In this document: positions 23,485-37,310 of the stretch, one piece after another
How the letters are laid out: every line of letters begins with the position of its first letter
Position numbering within the stretch: the first letter of the stretch is position 1
NCBI RefSeq assembly: GCF_044704955.1
Contig: NC_091997.1
Span: 65,286,001 to 65,350,000, forward strand
DNA: 64,000 nt
Direction of reading: 5' to 3'
Origin: Pristiophorus japonicus
Taxonomy: Eukaryota
Made by a program: the position numbers and the translations under genes
The notes under the pieces: model-generated
What the model saw: only the letters and a program-made list of their open reading frames with translations
Databases searched by the model: none
Told to the model about the DNA's origin: nothing

Positions 23485-24809
23485 CTGAAACAGAAATGGC
23501 ACACATTACAATGTCACTCAGTAAGTGATTGCAAATGAACACTGAAGCTGTGAAGATATGACAAACTTTAAATCAGTAATATTAAAACACAAGTCATGTG
23601 TACCATTCCAATAGTAAAGATTCCCTCTATATAAATTAACTCAATTAGACTTGAAATTGTTCATTGTGGAGATGACTCATTGTTCAATCAGGCTCCATTT
23701 TATGCACACAGTTGCAGCCTTGATCGTGACCAGCGGTGGTGCAGACTGCATTGATTTTTTTTAATGTCTCAATATTGATCCTCCCAGATCAAGTTAATGA
23801 GGGAGAATCTCTATATATCTAAGCGAGAGAGAGCTGCCATTGGCGATGGCACAGATCTTGAATTCTGGGGAAGAGTAACAACCTTAGTTTGAAGCGGGTA
23901 AGGTGGAGGATGGTCTCTGTTGGACCACCTTTTGAATCCCTCCAGACAGAGAAAAGGAAGAACCGAGCACGTGGACAACTGACTCTCAGATATCTGAGGA
24001 ACTAAGATTCTGTGTACCCTTTCCATTCAAACTATTGTAATCTACGTTAATAGGTAATTGCATGTTGGTAAACTGGAGCAAAGTCACTTTAGTCAATACA
24101 CCAGCGACAGTAATGGACCATGGTACGACTTTCCAACTGAAGTGATGCAGTTCTACTCTCTATTTTCACAACTGGATGTAAATTATCTTGTACACATTAA
24201 AATACTTCAGATAATTAAATATTAAATCTTTGTTTCCACATACCAACTTCCTTATACAAAAAAACAAACATAAATTACTACCGGACCCAACAAATACCAT
24301 TCCTTCTCTGTATCTAGGTCTGGCCTCTGGTGTGTCACCCTTTTACGTATAAAATTTGCTACATTTCAATCCACAAAAAATTAATGAATAGTAATTTCAA
24401 GGACTTTTCCCCCAGTGTCTCGCCAGCTTCATTAGCAGGTTAATAATAGCAATTCCTTTTCGAAGAAATGATCTTTTATTTCAACCTTTGAAAGTCCCAC
24501 TCTTGAAAAGGTTCAAAGGATTATTCAGAGACAAAACCATAGACTGGCTTCAACTTCGACTGCTCATCTGGAAACAACTCCATGAATTTTCTTTTTTTAA
24601 TAAAATAACATGATGTGGCCTGATTGGGTGGGGACACTAATTTTGCTCCAAATCTTTTAATTTTGGGGGTGAATTTTGTGCTCATGAAAGGAAGTTAGTG
24701 ATGGAAAATATAGCACAATTTCCCATCACAGATCAACAAACATCCTCCGATCACATACAGCACAAGCAAACGCAAGGTTGGGGCAGATGATTTTATTCTG
24801 TTCGATGAT

Positions 24810-24957
24810 AAGGAACTTTACTCTGCATCTAATGTAAAAAATCTGAATTGGGAGTGTTTGTTAGGACGTGTAGCGGGACCTTTACTCTGCATTTAACCCT
24901 TGCTGTACATAACCTGGAAGCTTTTGATGGGACAACGTAGAGGGAGCTTTATTGTGT
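24810..24957 (+). repeat. Degenerate ~65-bp tandem repeat (about 2.3 units)
   Basis: ctttactctgcat at 24816 and 24880, ctttattgtg at 24947. Confidence 0.7.
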
Positions 24958-25345
24958 TCCATCAAGCATTTACAGATTCTGGAACAGTGAAAATGAAAAG
25001 CAATGAATAGCAGGGGATAGTGGCAATGGAGCTGAGCAAAGACATCATGTTTCAGCATTAATCTCACAAATTAACAAAAACATTAATTTCAATCAGAATG
25101 ACATCTATATACCCATGCTAAGATACACCTTAAAAATAATTTTGAATTTGTTTTTTTTTTAAATTGTCGATTTCAAATACTCAAGACCTAGTTTATCCCA
25201 GAGCCCAACCTTGGCAGAGCCATTTACAAATGCCATTCCTTTGTATGTTTGTGCCAGGGAGGGTGAGCCTCACTTTCCTGTACTGTATCTGGGGATATTC
25301 ATGTCGTGTCAAATTGGCTCCTGTAACATTGTGCATGCCTCTTAC

Positions 25346-25408
25346 CGTTCATTATGCTCCTGGTTGACCAGCCTCGATTTCTCCAGCAGGTACTTTTCAA
25401 CATAAGCT
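25346..25408 (-). CDS. MYO9A: Myosin IXA exon (exon 4 equivalent)
   Basis: (G)AYVEKYLLEKSRLVNQEHNE(R); YLLEKSR motif; acceptor ttacag, donor gtaaga; 63 bp, phase 2-2. Confidence 0.96.
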
Positions 25409-25589
25409 CTGTAAAAGCAAAATGATGCGACTGACGAGGTCAGGAAAATCTTCAGAAATACGAGTAATGTCTAAAACAACATGCATTCACTGTAAATACA
25501 AAAACTAATTTAACCAAATGTGTTAAAACTAAAAATAGACAGTGCTGGAAATACCCAGCAGTTCCATGGACATTCATTAAATCAAAAGC

Positions 25590-27274
25590 AGAGAGTAGGG
25601 GTAAAGGGTAGTTATTCACTTTGGAGAAATGTAGAAAACGGTGTTCCACAAGGATGGTGCTGGGATCACTATTGTTAATAATTTACATGAATGATTTGGA
25701 CTGAGCAACATGTAACTATCAAAATCTGCAGATGAGACAAAGTTGGGGGGTGTATGGCTAACACTGGCGAAGAATGCAACATAATACAAGACGACATTAG
25801 AAAGCTTGTAGACTGGACAGGTAAATAGCAAATGAACTTTAACAATGTGAGGTGACGCAATGTAGTAGGAAAAATAGAATCATCACCTACACCTTAGAAA
25901 ATAAGTAACTGAATGGGGTAGAAGAGCAAAGAGATTGAGGGATACAAATGAACAAATACAGGTCTCCATAATATTAAAAAGGACATGGACGCACTGGATA
26001 AAGTGCAAATATTATTTACAAGGATGGAACCAGAACTGAGAGATTATAGCTATTGGAAAAGATTGAACATGTTGGGACTTTTTTCTTTGGAAAAGAGAAG
26101 ACTTGGAGGTGACCTGATTGAGGTCTTTAAAATTATGAATGGACTGGACAGAATGTTTCCACTTGTGGGAGGATCCAAAACTAGGGGCCACAAATACAGG
26201 ATAGCTCCTGATAAACCCAATAGGAAAATAAGGAGAAATATCTTTATTCAGAGTGGTTAGAATGTGGCACTCGCTACCACAGGAAGTGGTTGAGGCAAAT
26301 AAGTTGGATGCTTTCAAAAGGAAACTAGACGAGTAATGAGAAAAGGGAATTGATCTGCTGAAAAGCTGAGATGAGGCAGATGGAACTGGAGGAAACAAAG
26401 ATTAGCAATGTCGATGGAGGTATAAAATTACATAGAGATATTAATAGATTAAATGAATGGGCAAAATTGTGGAAAATGGATTTGAATATAGGCGAGTGTG
26501 AGGTCATCCACTTTGGACCTAAGAAGGATAGATCAGAGTACTTTCTAAATGGTGAAACGCTGAAAACAGTGAAGGTCCATAAAGACTTGGAGATAGTTTA
26601 TTAAAATGTTCGGGACAAGTACAAAAAAATATCAAAAGAAGATAATGAATGCTGGCCTTTATATCTGGAGGATTAGAATACTTGGGGTTCGAAGCCATGC
26701 TGCAGCTATACAAGCCCTGGTTAGATCACATCTGGGGCACTGTGAGCAGTTTGGGCACCACACCTTACTTCGGAAGGATATATTGGCTTTAGAGGGAGTG
26801 CAGTGTAGATTTACTAGAATGATACCTGGACTCCAAGGGTTAAATTACGAAAAGCGATTACAGAAACTAGGGTTGTATTCCTTGAAATATAGAAGATTAA
26901 GGGGTGGTTTGATCAGTGTTCAAGATATTAAGGGGAACTGATACAGGCAGGCCTTTCAGGAGTGAAGTTAGGAAATACTTCTACAAGCAAAGGGTGGTAG
27001 AAGTTTGGAACTTTACACACGGCAGCTGATGCTAGATCAATTGTTAATTTTAAATCGGAGACTGATAGATTTCTGTTAACCAAAGGTTTTAAGAGATATG
27101 CAGCAAAGGCAGGCATATGGAGTTGGGTCACAGATCAGCCATGATCCAATTGAATGGCAGAACAGGCTCGAGGGGCTGAATGGCCTCCTGTTCTTGTGTG
27201 GAGTACAAACACCAGCGCAGACTTGTTCGGCCGAATGGCCTGTTTCTGTGCTGTATATTCTCTGTAATTCTATG
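25590..27274 (+). mobile_element. Older CR1 fragment with a second CR1 (about 26388-27195) nested in its 3' end
   Basis: Two successive degraded RT C-termini; the tail of the outer copy resumes at about 27197 (ggcctgtttctgtgctgta..ttctatg). Confidence 0.85.
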
Positions 27275-28550
27275 GAACCTCACGCTTTAAATCAACTGGC
27301 TTTGAAGAAACTCAGAAATGTTTAGCAGGTCAAGTGTGCAACACGTGAAATTCATGGTGATTAATTAGCTGCAAATTAATGTAAATTAGAATTCTTGTGT
27401 TAATTGACACCAATTTGATTTGAAACAGTAAATATTGGCTATCTGCTACTTAACACTTCATTGCCACGTAACACTAAGCTCTCTCACTTGCCTGGGGGGA
27501 AAAAGTCGAGTGAGATATTTAGGTATTGAGTGATAGGTTAAGCATAATAAATTGTTCAACAGATTGACAGCATATTTTCGAAATAAAAGTTTATCATTGC
27601 TTTCATACAATTTTTAAGAATATTTATTACTGAAATTATGATGTTCTCAACATCTTGAACAGACTTGTCACAGAGTATGTAGTCCCATGCTGCAGAATTT
27701 GGCCTCGAGATGCTGTCAAAATCCAAGGGGTCTACCTTGAGGTAACCCTTTTCTCCTTAAAGAAGCTACTGTCAACTTGAACTGTTGAACATCATTGTAT
27801 GGAGGGTACAGCTTTGGGAATCAGAAATTAAGCCCAGTCAACTAACAGTTAAAATTAAACTGCCTGTAAAAGACAACTGAACTCTGTGATTCGACTGAAT
27901 TCGGTAGGCACAAAATTTGCGACGGCTAAGCTTTTACCCCCGTTTGTTTCACCCAAGCCCAGATGTTGGCATCACGAATGATCAGCAAGGGGGCTGCAGG
28001 AGGTTACAGCATCTAATGAATAAGGTGAACACAGATGGGCTTTCCCTACCCTTCTTTCCATATTTGAATAACTATCGCACTTAAAAAAAATGATTCCCCT
28101 TTGGGAAGGGGATTGTAGTGGTTGTCATGTCGGTCTGTCAGTACTGAAGGAACAGATGGATACAATAACTGGAGAATGGCTTCATTTTACAGATGTTCAC
28201 CAAATGAATTTGCTTCCTTGAGAACATACGCCTTTCCTTTCAAATTTGTATCTTGTCTGACAAAAAAAATCAGAAACAATTAATGGTGCTATCATCTCCT
28301 GTCTGAAGAGCAACAAAAGGGCAATCAACTCAAAAGCTGTTGCACAGATCTCCAACAGATTTGTATGGGCAAAATCTCAAAAGGATGAACTGCAATCTTT
28401 TCAAAGTTGGGTTTAGAATGAAACATCAAGATGGGATTTAAAGTGTCAACACGTCCACCTATACTCAAACTGCAAAATATGGTTTTTAAATAATTGGAAC
28501 TTCACTGTTCTTGTGGTCGAGTGTGTTATATTATTGATGAACAAAGATGT

Positions 28551-30299
28551 TGGGGAACAAAGAAATGGCAGACCAATTGAACAAATACTTTGGTTCTGTC
28601 TTCACTAAAGAAAACACAAATAACCTTCCGGAAATACTAGGGGACCGAGGATCTAGTGGGAAGGAGGAACTGAAGGAAATCCTTATTTGTCAGGAAATTG
28701 TGTTCGGGAAATTGATGGGATTGAAGGCCGATAAATCCCCAGGGCCTGATCGTCTGCATCCCAGAGTACTTAGCAAAGTGACCTGAGAAATAGTGGATGC
28801 ATTGGTGATCCTTTTCCAGCAGTCTATCGACTCTGGATCAGTTCCTATGGACTGGAGGGTAGCTAATGTAACACCACTTTTTAAAAAAGGAGGGAGAGAG
28901 AAAACGGGTAATTATAGACCGATTAGCCTGACATCAGTAGTGGGGAAAATGTTGGAATCAATTATTAAAGATAGCAGCGCATTTGGAAAGCAGTGACAGG
29001 ATCGGTCCAAGTCAGCATGGATTTATGAAAGGGAAATCATGCTGGACAAATCTTCTAGAATTTTTTGAGGATGTAACTAGTAGAATGGACAAGGGAGTGC
29101 CAGTGGATGTGGTGTATTTGGACTTCCAAATGGCTTTTGACAAGGTTCCATACAAGAGATTGGTGTGCAAAATTAAAACACATGGTATTGGGGGTAATGT
29201 ATTGACATGGATAGAGAACTGGTTGCAGACAGGAAGCAAAGAGTAGGAATAAACAGGTCCTTTTCAGAATGGCAGGCAGTGACTAGTGGGGTACCGCAAT
29301 GTTCAGTGCTGGGACCCCAGCTATTTACAATATACATTAATGATTTAGACGAAGGTATTGAATGTAATATCTCCAAGTTTGCAGATGACACTAAGCTGGT
29401 TGGCAGTGTGAGCTGTGAGGAGGATGCTAAGAGGCTGCAGGGTGACAGGTTAGGTGAGTGGGCAAATGCATGGCAGATGCAGTATAATGTAGATAAATGT
29501 GAGGTTATCCACTTTGGTGGCAAAAACAGGAAGGCAGAATATTATCTGAATGGTGACAGATTAGGAAAAGGGGAGGCGCAACGAGATCTGGGTGCCATGG
29601 TACATCAGTCATTGAAAGTTAGCATGCAGGTACAGCAGGTGGTGAAGAAAGCAAATGGCACGTTGGCCTTCTTAGCGAGAGGATTTGAGTATAGGAGCAG
29701 GGAGGTCTTACTGCAATTGTACAGGGCCTTGGTGACACCACACCTTGAATATTGTGTACAGTTTTGGTCTCCTAATCTGAGGAAGGACATTCTTGATATT
29801 GAGGGAGTGCAGCGAAGGTTCACCAGACTGACTCCCGGGATGGCAAGACTGACATATGAAGAAAGACTGGATCAACTAGGCTGATATTCACTGGAATTTA
29901 GAAGAATGAGAGGTGATCTCATAGAAACATATAGAATTCTGACAGGATTGGATAGGTTCGATGCAGGAAGAATGTTCCCGATGCTGGGGAAGTCCAGAAC
30001 CAGGGGTCACAATCGAAGGATAAGGGGTAAGCCATTTAGGACCGAGATGAGGAGAAGGTTCTTCACTCAGAGAATTGTGTAATTCTCTACCACAGAAAGT
30101 TTTTGAGGCCGGTTTGTTAGATATATTCAAAAAGGAGTTAGATGTTGCTCTTACGGCTAAAGGGATCAAGGGGTATGGAGAGAAAGCAGGAATGGGGTAC
30201 TAAAGTTGCAAAAATGATCAGCCATGATCATACTGAATGGTGGTTCAAGCTCGAAGGGCCGAACGGCCTACTCTTGCACCTATTTTCGATGTTTCTATG
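28551..30299 (+). mobile_element. CR1 LINE ORF2 3' half, frameshifted
   Basis: KSPGPD, NYRPISLTS, FADD motifs; gtttctatg tail. Confidence 0.96.
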
Positions 30300-30524
30300 A
30301 GATAAGACAATTTATCCATAATCTTAGACATGGTTGCATCTGGTCTGGCTGTCCACCAACAGTTATGGCTAGCTCACCTAGTACCACTGCTCCCTCTTCC
30401 TGGCGAAAACAATTTACAACACCAAGTGTCTCTGGATAACAGAAACCACTCAAATCCTTTTCTCCACACAGCTCCTTATACCACCCCCATCTCATCCAAA
30501 TCCCACCCAAGAAACCCTTGGGTT

Positions 30525-32260
30525 TAAGAACATAAGAACATAAGAACTAGGAACAGGAGTAGGCCATCTAGCCCCTCGAGCCTGCTCCGCCACTCAATAA
30601 GATCATGGCTGATCTGGCCGTGGACTCAGCTCCACTTACCCGCCTGCTCCCCGTAACCCTTAATTCCCTTATTGGTTAAAAATCTACCTATCTTTGACTT
30701 GAAAACATTCAATGAGCTAGCCTCAACTGCTTCCTTGGGCAGAGAATTCCACAGATTCACAACCCTCTGGGAGAAGAAATTCCTTCCCAGCTCGGTTTTA
30801 AATTGGCTCCTCCGTATTTTGAGGCTGTGCCCCCTAGTTCTAGTCTCCCCTACCAGTGGAAACAACCTCTCTGCCTCTATCTTGTCTATCCCTTTCATGA
30901 TTTTAAACGTTTCTATAAGATCACCCCTCATCCTTCTGAACTCCAATGAGTAAAGACCCAGTCTACTCAATCTATCATCATAAGGTAACCCCCTCATTTC
31001 TGGAATCAGCCTAGTGAATCGTCTCTGTACCCCTTCCAAAGCTAGTATATCCTTCCTTAAGTAAGGTGACCAAAACTGCACGCAGTACTCCAGGTGCGGC
31101 TTTACCAATACCTTATACAGTTGCAGCAACACCTCCCTGCTTTTGTACTCCATCCCTCTCGCAATGAAGGCCAACATTCCATTCACCTTCCTGATTACCT
31201 GCTGCACCTGCAAACTAACCTTTTGGGATTCATGCATAAGGACCCCCAGGTCCCTCTGCACCACAGCATGTCGTAATTTCTCCCCATTCAAATAATATTC
31301 CCTTTTACTGTTTTTTTTCCCCCAAGGTGGATGACATTGTATTCCATCTGCCAAACCTTAGCCCATTCGCTTAACCTATCCAAATCTCCTTGCAGCCTCT
31401 CTGAGTCCTCTACACAACCCGCTTTCCCACTAATCTTAGTGTCATCTGCAAATTTTGTTGCACTACACTCTGTCCCCTCTTCCAGGTCATCTATGTATAT
31501 TGTAAACAGTTGTGGTCCCAGCACCAATCCCTGTGGCACACCACTAACCACCGATTTCCAAGCGGAAAAGGACCCATTTATCCCGACTCTCTGCTTTCTG
31601 TTCGCCAGCCAATTCTCTATCCATGCTAATACATTTCCTCTGACTCCGCGTACCTTTATCTTCTGCAGTAACCTTTTGTGTGGCACCTTATCGAATGCCT
31701 TTTGGAAATCTAAATACACCACATCCATCGGTGCACCTCTATCCACCATGCTCGTTATATCCTCAAAGAATTCCAGTAAGTTAGTTAAACATGATTTCCC
31801 TTTCATGAATCCATGCTGCGTCTGCTTGATTGCACTGTTCCTATCTAGATGTCCTGCTATTTCTTCCTTAATGATAGTTTCAAGCATTTTCCCCACTACA
31901 GATGTTAAACTAACCGGCCTATAGTTACCTGCCTTTTGCCTGCCCCCTTTTTTAAACAGAGGCGTTACATTAGCTGCTTTCCAATCCGCTGGTACCTCCC
32001 CAGAGTCCAGAGAATTTTGGTAGATTATAACGAATGCATCCGCTATAACTTCCGCCATCTCTTTTAATACCCTGGGATGCATTTCATCAGGACCAGGCGA
32101 CTTGTCCAACTTCAGTCCCATTAGCCTGTCCAGCACTACCCCACTAGTGATAGTGATTGTCTCAAGGTCCTCCATTCCCACATTCCTGTGGCCTGCAAAT
32201 TTTAGCATGGTTTTTGTGTCTTCCACTGTGAAGACGGAAGCAAAATAATTGTTTAAGGTC
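30525..32260 (-). mobile_element. CR1 LINE ORF2 3' half, (TTCTTATG)n subfamily
   Basis: Overlapping 350-aa and 242-aa RT ORFs separated by one frameshifting deletion. Confidence 0.96.
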
Positions 32261-32344
32261 AAAATAATTGTTTCTGTGTGTCTAAAATAACAAGCACATC
32301 TGCATAGCCGCCACTGCCTCCTCTGACTAGTCCTGACCATTAGG

Positions 32345-32790
32345 TGTCAGCCATGGCTCAGAGATTGCACTTTCGCCTACGAGTCAGATGATTGTGGATT
32401 CATCCCACTTCAGAGAGCAGAGCACAACAGCTCGGCTGCCACTTCAGTGCAGTACTGAGGGAGTGTGTGGCACTGTTGGAGGTGCCGTCTTTTGGATGAG
32501 ACATTGAACCGAGGCACCCGTCTGCCCTCTCAATTTGGCGCAAAAGGTTCCATGACACTATTTTGAAGAGGAGCTGGGGGACTTCTCCCCAGTGCCCTGG
32601 CCAATATTTATCCCTTAACTATCAGTAAAACAGATCATCTGGTCATTATCACATTGCTGTTTATGGAAGCTTGCTGTGCACAAATTTGTTGCCACATTTC
32701 CCTACATTACAACAGTGTAATTTACACTTCAAAAGTAATTATTTGGTTGTAAAGCGCTGTGGAATATCCGGAGGTCATGAATTGGCTATA
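32345..32790 (+). mobile_element. Deu-domain SINE (SacSINE1-like), full length
   Basis: tRNA-like head; gtactgagggagtg..ggaggtgccgtcttttggatgagac core; gctatataaatgcaagt tail. Confidence 0.88.
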
Positions 32791-33024
32791 TAAATGCAAG
32801 TTCTTTATTTCCGTCTCCCCTCCCCCCACCGCTATGTGCCTTCTATCTAACAGTATACTCAATATTTCCTTTCTCTGTCGTTTCTCTCCCATCCTCCACT
32901 TAGTTCAAGCAGTTCAACCATAATCATCATCATCTTCATAAAGGCCACTGTAGGTTCACTAAAATTTTACCAAGCCTTAAAGAGTTGTTATGATGACAGG
33001 TTCCATAGACTTTTCCCCCTCCAG

Positions 33025-33358
33025 TTTAGACGGTTGAGAGGTGATCTAATCAAGCTCATCCAGAACAAAGGGGCATAATATTAAAGGTGGGCATTTAGAA
33101 GAAACATTAGGAGGTCATCTTTCACTCAAAGAATGGTGGAAATATGGAACTCTCTACCCAAAAGGCTGTGGATGCTGGGTCAATTGAAAATTTCAACACC
33201 GAGATTGATAAGAGTTTTGTTAAGTCAGGGTGTCAAGGGATATGGAGCAAAAATGAGTAAATGGAGCTGAGATTGGGATCAGCCACAATCTAACACAATG
33301 AAGAAAGGCTATTGGGCTGAATGGCATAATCTTGTTCCCATCTTCCTATGTTTCTATG
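33025..33358 (+). mobile_element. Old CR1 3' fragment
   Basis: RLRGDLI and WNSLP remnants; tcctatgtttctatg tail. Confidence 0.8.
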
Positions 33359-33533
33359 TGATCCCTTGATCACTTCCCATCCCAGCTCCAAACTGCCTGC
33401 TTTCATTCTTGCCTGGCTCAATGTAGACACTAAACAGCTGCTAAAGATTGTTCTTCCTCTGCTTGCAGTCACCGATAGTGTTTCCCACGGTTTGATCCTT
33501 GCCCTGACCGCTTCAACACTATCTACGTGCTAC

Positions 33534-34163
33534 CATAAGAACATAAGAAATAGGAGCACAAGTAGATCATTTGGCCCCTCGAGCCTGCTCCACCATTCAA
33601 TAAGATCACGGTTGATCTGATCTGATCCTCAACTCCACTTCCCTGCCCGCTCCCCATAACCCTTGCTCCCTTATCATTCAAAAATCTGTCGATCTCCACC
33701 TTAAATATATTCAATGACCCAGAGAATTCCAAAGATTCACGACCCTCAGAAGAAATTCCTCCTCATCTCCATTTTAAATGGGCGACCCCTTATTCTGAAA
33801 CTATGCCCCCTAGTTCTAGATTCCCCCACGCAGGGAAACATCCTCTCTGCATCTACCCTGTCAAGCCCCCTCATAATCTTATACATTTCAATAAGATCAC
33901 CTCCCATTCTTCTAAACTTCAATGAGCATAGGTTCAACCTGCTCAACCTTTCTTCATAAGACAACCCCTTCACCTCAGGAATCAACCTCGTGAACCTTCT
34001 CTGAACTGCCTTCAATATCCCTCCTGAAATAAGGTGACCAAAACTGTGCACAGTACTCCAGGTGTGGTCTCACCAACATCCTGTACAGTTGTAGCAACAC
34101 TTCCCTACTTTTATATTCCATCCTCCTTGCAATAAAGGCCAACATTCCATTTTCTTTCCTAAC
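33534..34163 (-). mobile_element. CR1 3' fragment
   Basis: RPHLEYCAQFWSP; cataagaacataag tail. Confidence 0.92.
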
Positions 34164-34449
34164 TGGTGACATTGTGGCAGAAGTGTACAGTCAGCTTCTA
34201 CGTGTCGGCAGATGAAACCTTTTTCTCCTCACTGTAAAGCTCCACGATGTCTTCCTGCATGTGAGGCACGCTATTGAAATGCAAGTCATTGAATATAGTC
34301 TTCCCAATTGTGTGTGCAGTTTATCCTCTACATACCTTGGAATATGGTCAACCGACAGAAATGTTACCAGAATAGTGCCCAAGAACAATCGTACTCTACA
34401 TTGCATAAGAATCACATAATCTCCTCCAATTCAATGAAGCACAGAAGAC

Positions 34450-34750
34450 ACACCCACATCATTGGCATCCTTCTGATACATCATCCAAGTGAGGGCCAGC
34501 AGGCTGTTTACAATCGAGTGCATCTGTCATGACCAATCCCAGCCTTCTCTCACCACATATGCACACATTCTTACCAGTATGGGACACTGGTATCAAAAGG
34601 AGCAACCATGGCTGATTTTATTCTCCTCCCAATCCAGGGCCACATGAGCATTTCACTGCTATCTCAGCTAAGATCGGTTAAATCAGCACAGAGCAGGGAT
34701 GGAACCTGGATCTTTTGGTTTCTGTGGCTCAGTATATTTACCAATTGAAC
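34450..34750 (-). mobile_element. Old SINE family B copy
   Basis: caaccatggctgatttt, tcagcacagagcagggatggaacctgg blocks. Confidence 0.65.
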
Positions 34751-35276
34751 TGCTGGAGAGCTCAAATATAACATTACATACTAATAAGTCACCGTGCAAA
34801 GTGAGAAATCTTTGAAATACAGTTTCAACAGCAATAATTAGCTCAGTTTTAAGAATTTGTGTTGGAGTGTATCAGTAACAGTTCTTGCCTGTGGAATACG
34901 ACAACATTATTCAACTCTCTGTACCCCACATCAGTGACCCAAGATAACACAATTACAGAAGTACCATGGTAGCTCAGCTAAATCCACTCCAATGTATCAA
35001 ACACTGAACTTTGCACCCCAAATAATGAGTTTCCACTTACTTCCATGCCATCGGTGAAAATAGTGAGTGGAGGTTAAAAACATTTCCCCAAGGACATGAG
35101 AGAAAAATCAGAGGGGAATGTCATTCTGAGCCAAACTACAGCACTGCCTATTGGCTGGACTAGAGAGTTGCTTTGTCGGATCCCTGAAGTACGTTTGCCT
35201 GGATGATCTCAGTCACAAAATTGGTCTCAGCCTGGAAATGAGTGTGTGAGTGTGTGTGTTGCCCCTAATGTTTTTG

Positions 35277-36903
35277 AAGGGAAATCTTTATTAGGCGGGA
35301 AATTGTGTTGGGGAAATTGAAGGCCGATAAATCCCCAGGGCCTGATGGACTGCATCCCAGGGTACTTAAGGAGGTGGCCTTGGAAATAGCAGATGCATTG
35401 ACAGTCATTTTCCAACATTCCATAGACTCTGGATCAGTTCCTAATGGAGTGGAGGGTAGCCAATGTAACCCCACTTTTTAAAAAAGGAGGGAGAGAGAAA
35501 ATAGGGAATTATAGACCGGTCAGCCTGACATCGGCAGTGGATAAAATGATGGAATCGATTATTAAGGATGTCATAGCAGCGCATTTGGAAAGAGGTGACA
35601 TGATGGGTCCAAGTCAGCATGGATTTGTGAAAGGCAAATCATGCTTGACAAATCTTCTGGAATTTTTTGAGGATGTTTCCAGTAGAGTGGACAAGGAAGA
35701 ACCAGTTGATGTGGTGTATTTGGACTTTCAGAAGGCCTTCGACAAGGTCCCACACAAAAGATTAATGTGCAAAGTTAAAGCACATGGGATTGGGGGTAGT
35801 GTGCTGACGTGGATTGAGAACTGGTTGTCAGACAGGAAGCAAAGAGTAGGAGTAAATGGGTACTTTTCAGAATGGCAGGTAGTGACCAGTGGGGTACCGC
35901 AAGGTTCTGTGCTGGGGTCCCAGCTGTTTACATTGTATATTAATGATTTAGACGAGGGGATTAAATGTAGTATCTTCAAATTTGTGGATGACACTAAGTT
36001 GGATGGCAGTGTGAGTTGCGAGGAGGATGCTATGAGGCTGCAGAGTGACTTGGATAGGTTAGGTGAGTGGGCAAATGCATGGCAGATGAAGTATAATGTG
36101 GATAAATGAGAGGTTGGTGGTAAAAACAGAGACACAGACTATTATGTGAATGGTGACAGATTAGGAAAAGGGGAGGTGCAACGAGACCTGGGTGTCATGG
36201 TACATCAGTCATTGAAGGTTGTCATGCAGGTACAGCAGGTGGTTAAGAAAGCAAATGGCATGTTGGCCTTCATAGCGAGGGGATTCGAGTACAGGGGCAG
36301 GGAGGTGTTGCTACAGTTGTACAGGGCCTTGGTGAGGCCACACCTGGAGTATTGTGTACAGTTTTGGTCTCCTAACTTGAGGAAGGACATTCATGCTATT
36401 AAGGGAGTGCAGCGAAGGCTCACCAGACTGATTCCCGGGATGGCGGGACTGACATATCAAGAAAAACTGGATCAACTGGGCTTGTATTCACTGGAGTTCA
36501 GAAGAATGAGAGGGGACCTCATAGAAACGTTTAAAATTCTGACGGGTTGAGACAGGTTAGATGCAGGAAGAATGTTCCCAATGTTGGGGAAGTCCAGAAC
36601 CAGGGGTCACAGTCTAAGGATAAGGGGTAAGGCATTTATAGGACTGAAATGAGGAGAAATCTCTTCACCCAGAGAGTGGTGAACCTGTGGAATTCTCTAC
36701 CACAGAAAGTTGTGAAGCCAATTCACTAAATATATTCAAAGAGGAGTTAAATGTAGTCCTTACTACTAGGGGGATCAAGGGTTATGGCGAGAAAGCAGGA
36801 ATGGGGTACTGAAGTTGCATGTTCAGCCATGAATTCATTGAATGGCGTTGCAGGCTCGAAGGGTCGAATGGCCTTCTCCTGCACCTATTTTCTATGTTTC
36901 TAT
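35277..36903 (+). mobile_element. CR1 LINE ORF2 3' half
   Basis: 221-aa and 134-aa RT ORFs; same subfamily as 2918-4171, 52582-57500 and 60059-61530. Confidence 0.96.
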
Positions 36904-36941
36904 TAAGTGTTAGTCTGGTCACTGATTCACACATTACTCAC

Positions 36942-37036
36942 CCTCGTACAGTGCCAGTCTCCTGGTAGTTCACTTGAATGAATTTACCAAAACGGCTGGA
37001 GTTATTATTGTGAGCTGTCTTTGCATTCCCAAAAGC
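36942..37036 (-). CDS. MYO9A: Myosin IXA exon (exon 3 equivalent), switch I
   Basis: [31 protein letters not shown](G); NNNSSRFGK switch I; acceptor ctacag, donor gtgagt; 95 bp, phase 0-2. Confidence 0.97.
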
Positions 37037-37310
37037 CTGTAGATAAAACAAAAATAAATCAGAAACTCTAAAAATTGGAACAAAAATAGCATTTCTATCA
37101 TCCCCTAGAATATTTTTGAAGATCCTTTAAAACAAGAAATTGGGTTTGCATGATAAAAATTATTCTGAACTTTTACAGAACACTTAGCAACATAAAACAA
37201 TTAATAAAACTTAACCTGCAAGGCACATATGGTTTCCTAATGCACGCCTATTTTATACTCAGCTTAGAATTTATTACCCCCCCCCCAGCAACTTTCTCCA
37301 TCTCAGCTTG

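Noticed and set aside
31331-31924. Recurrent antisense ORFs (e.g. 31331-31924, 35728-36135, 54886-55347)
   Set aside because: They are shadows on the opposite strand of CR1 ORF2, recurring only because the repeat recurs.
34165-34440. Exon-like unique stretch with a gtatg donor-like site
   Set aside because: No myosin or other recognisable peptide in the frames I read, and exons 3 and 4 already join in phase.
1037-37036. Assignment of the exons to MYO9B or to a pseudogene
   Set aside because: Diagnostic residues ([35 protein letters not shown] and the KKPLRQ insert) fit MYO9A. All exons are open, ordered and phase-compatible.
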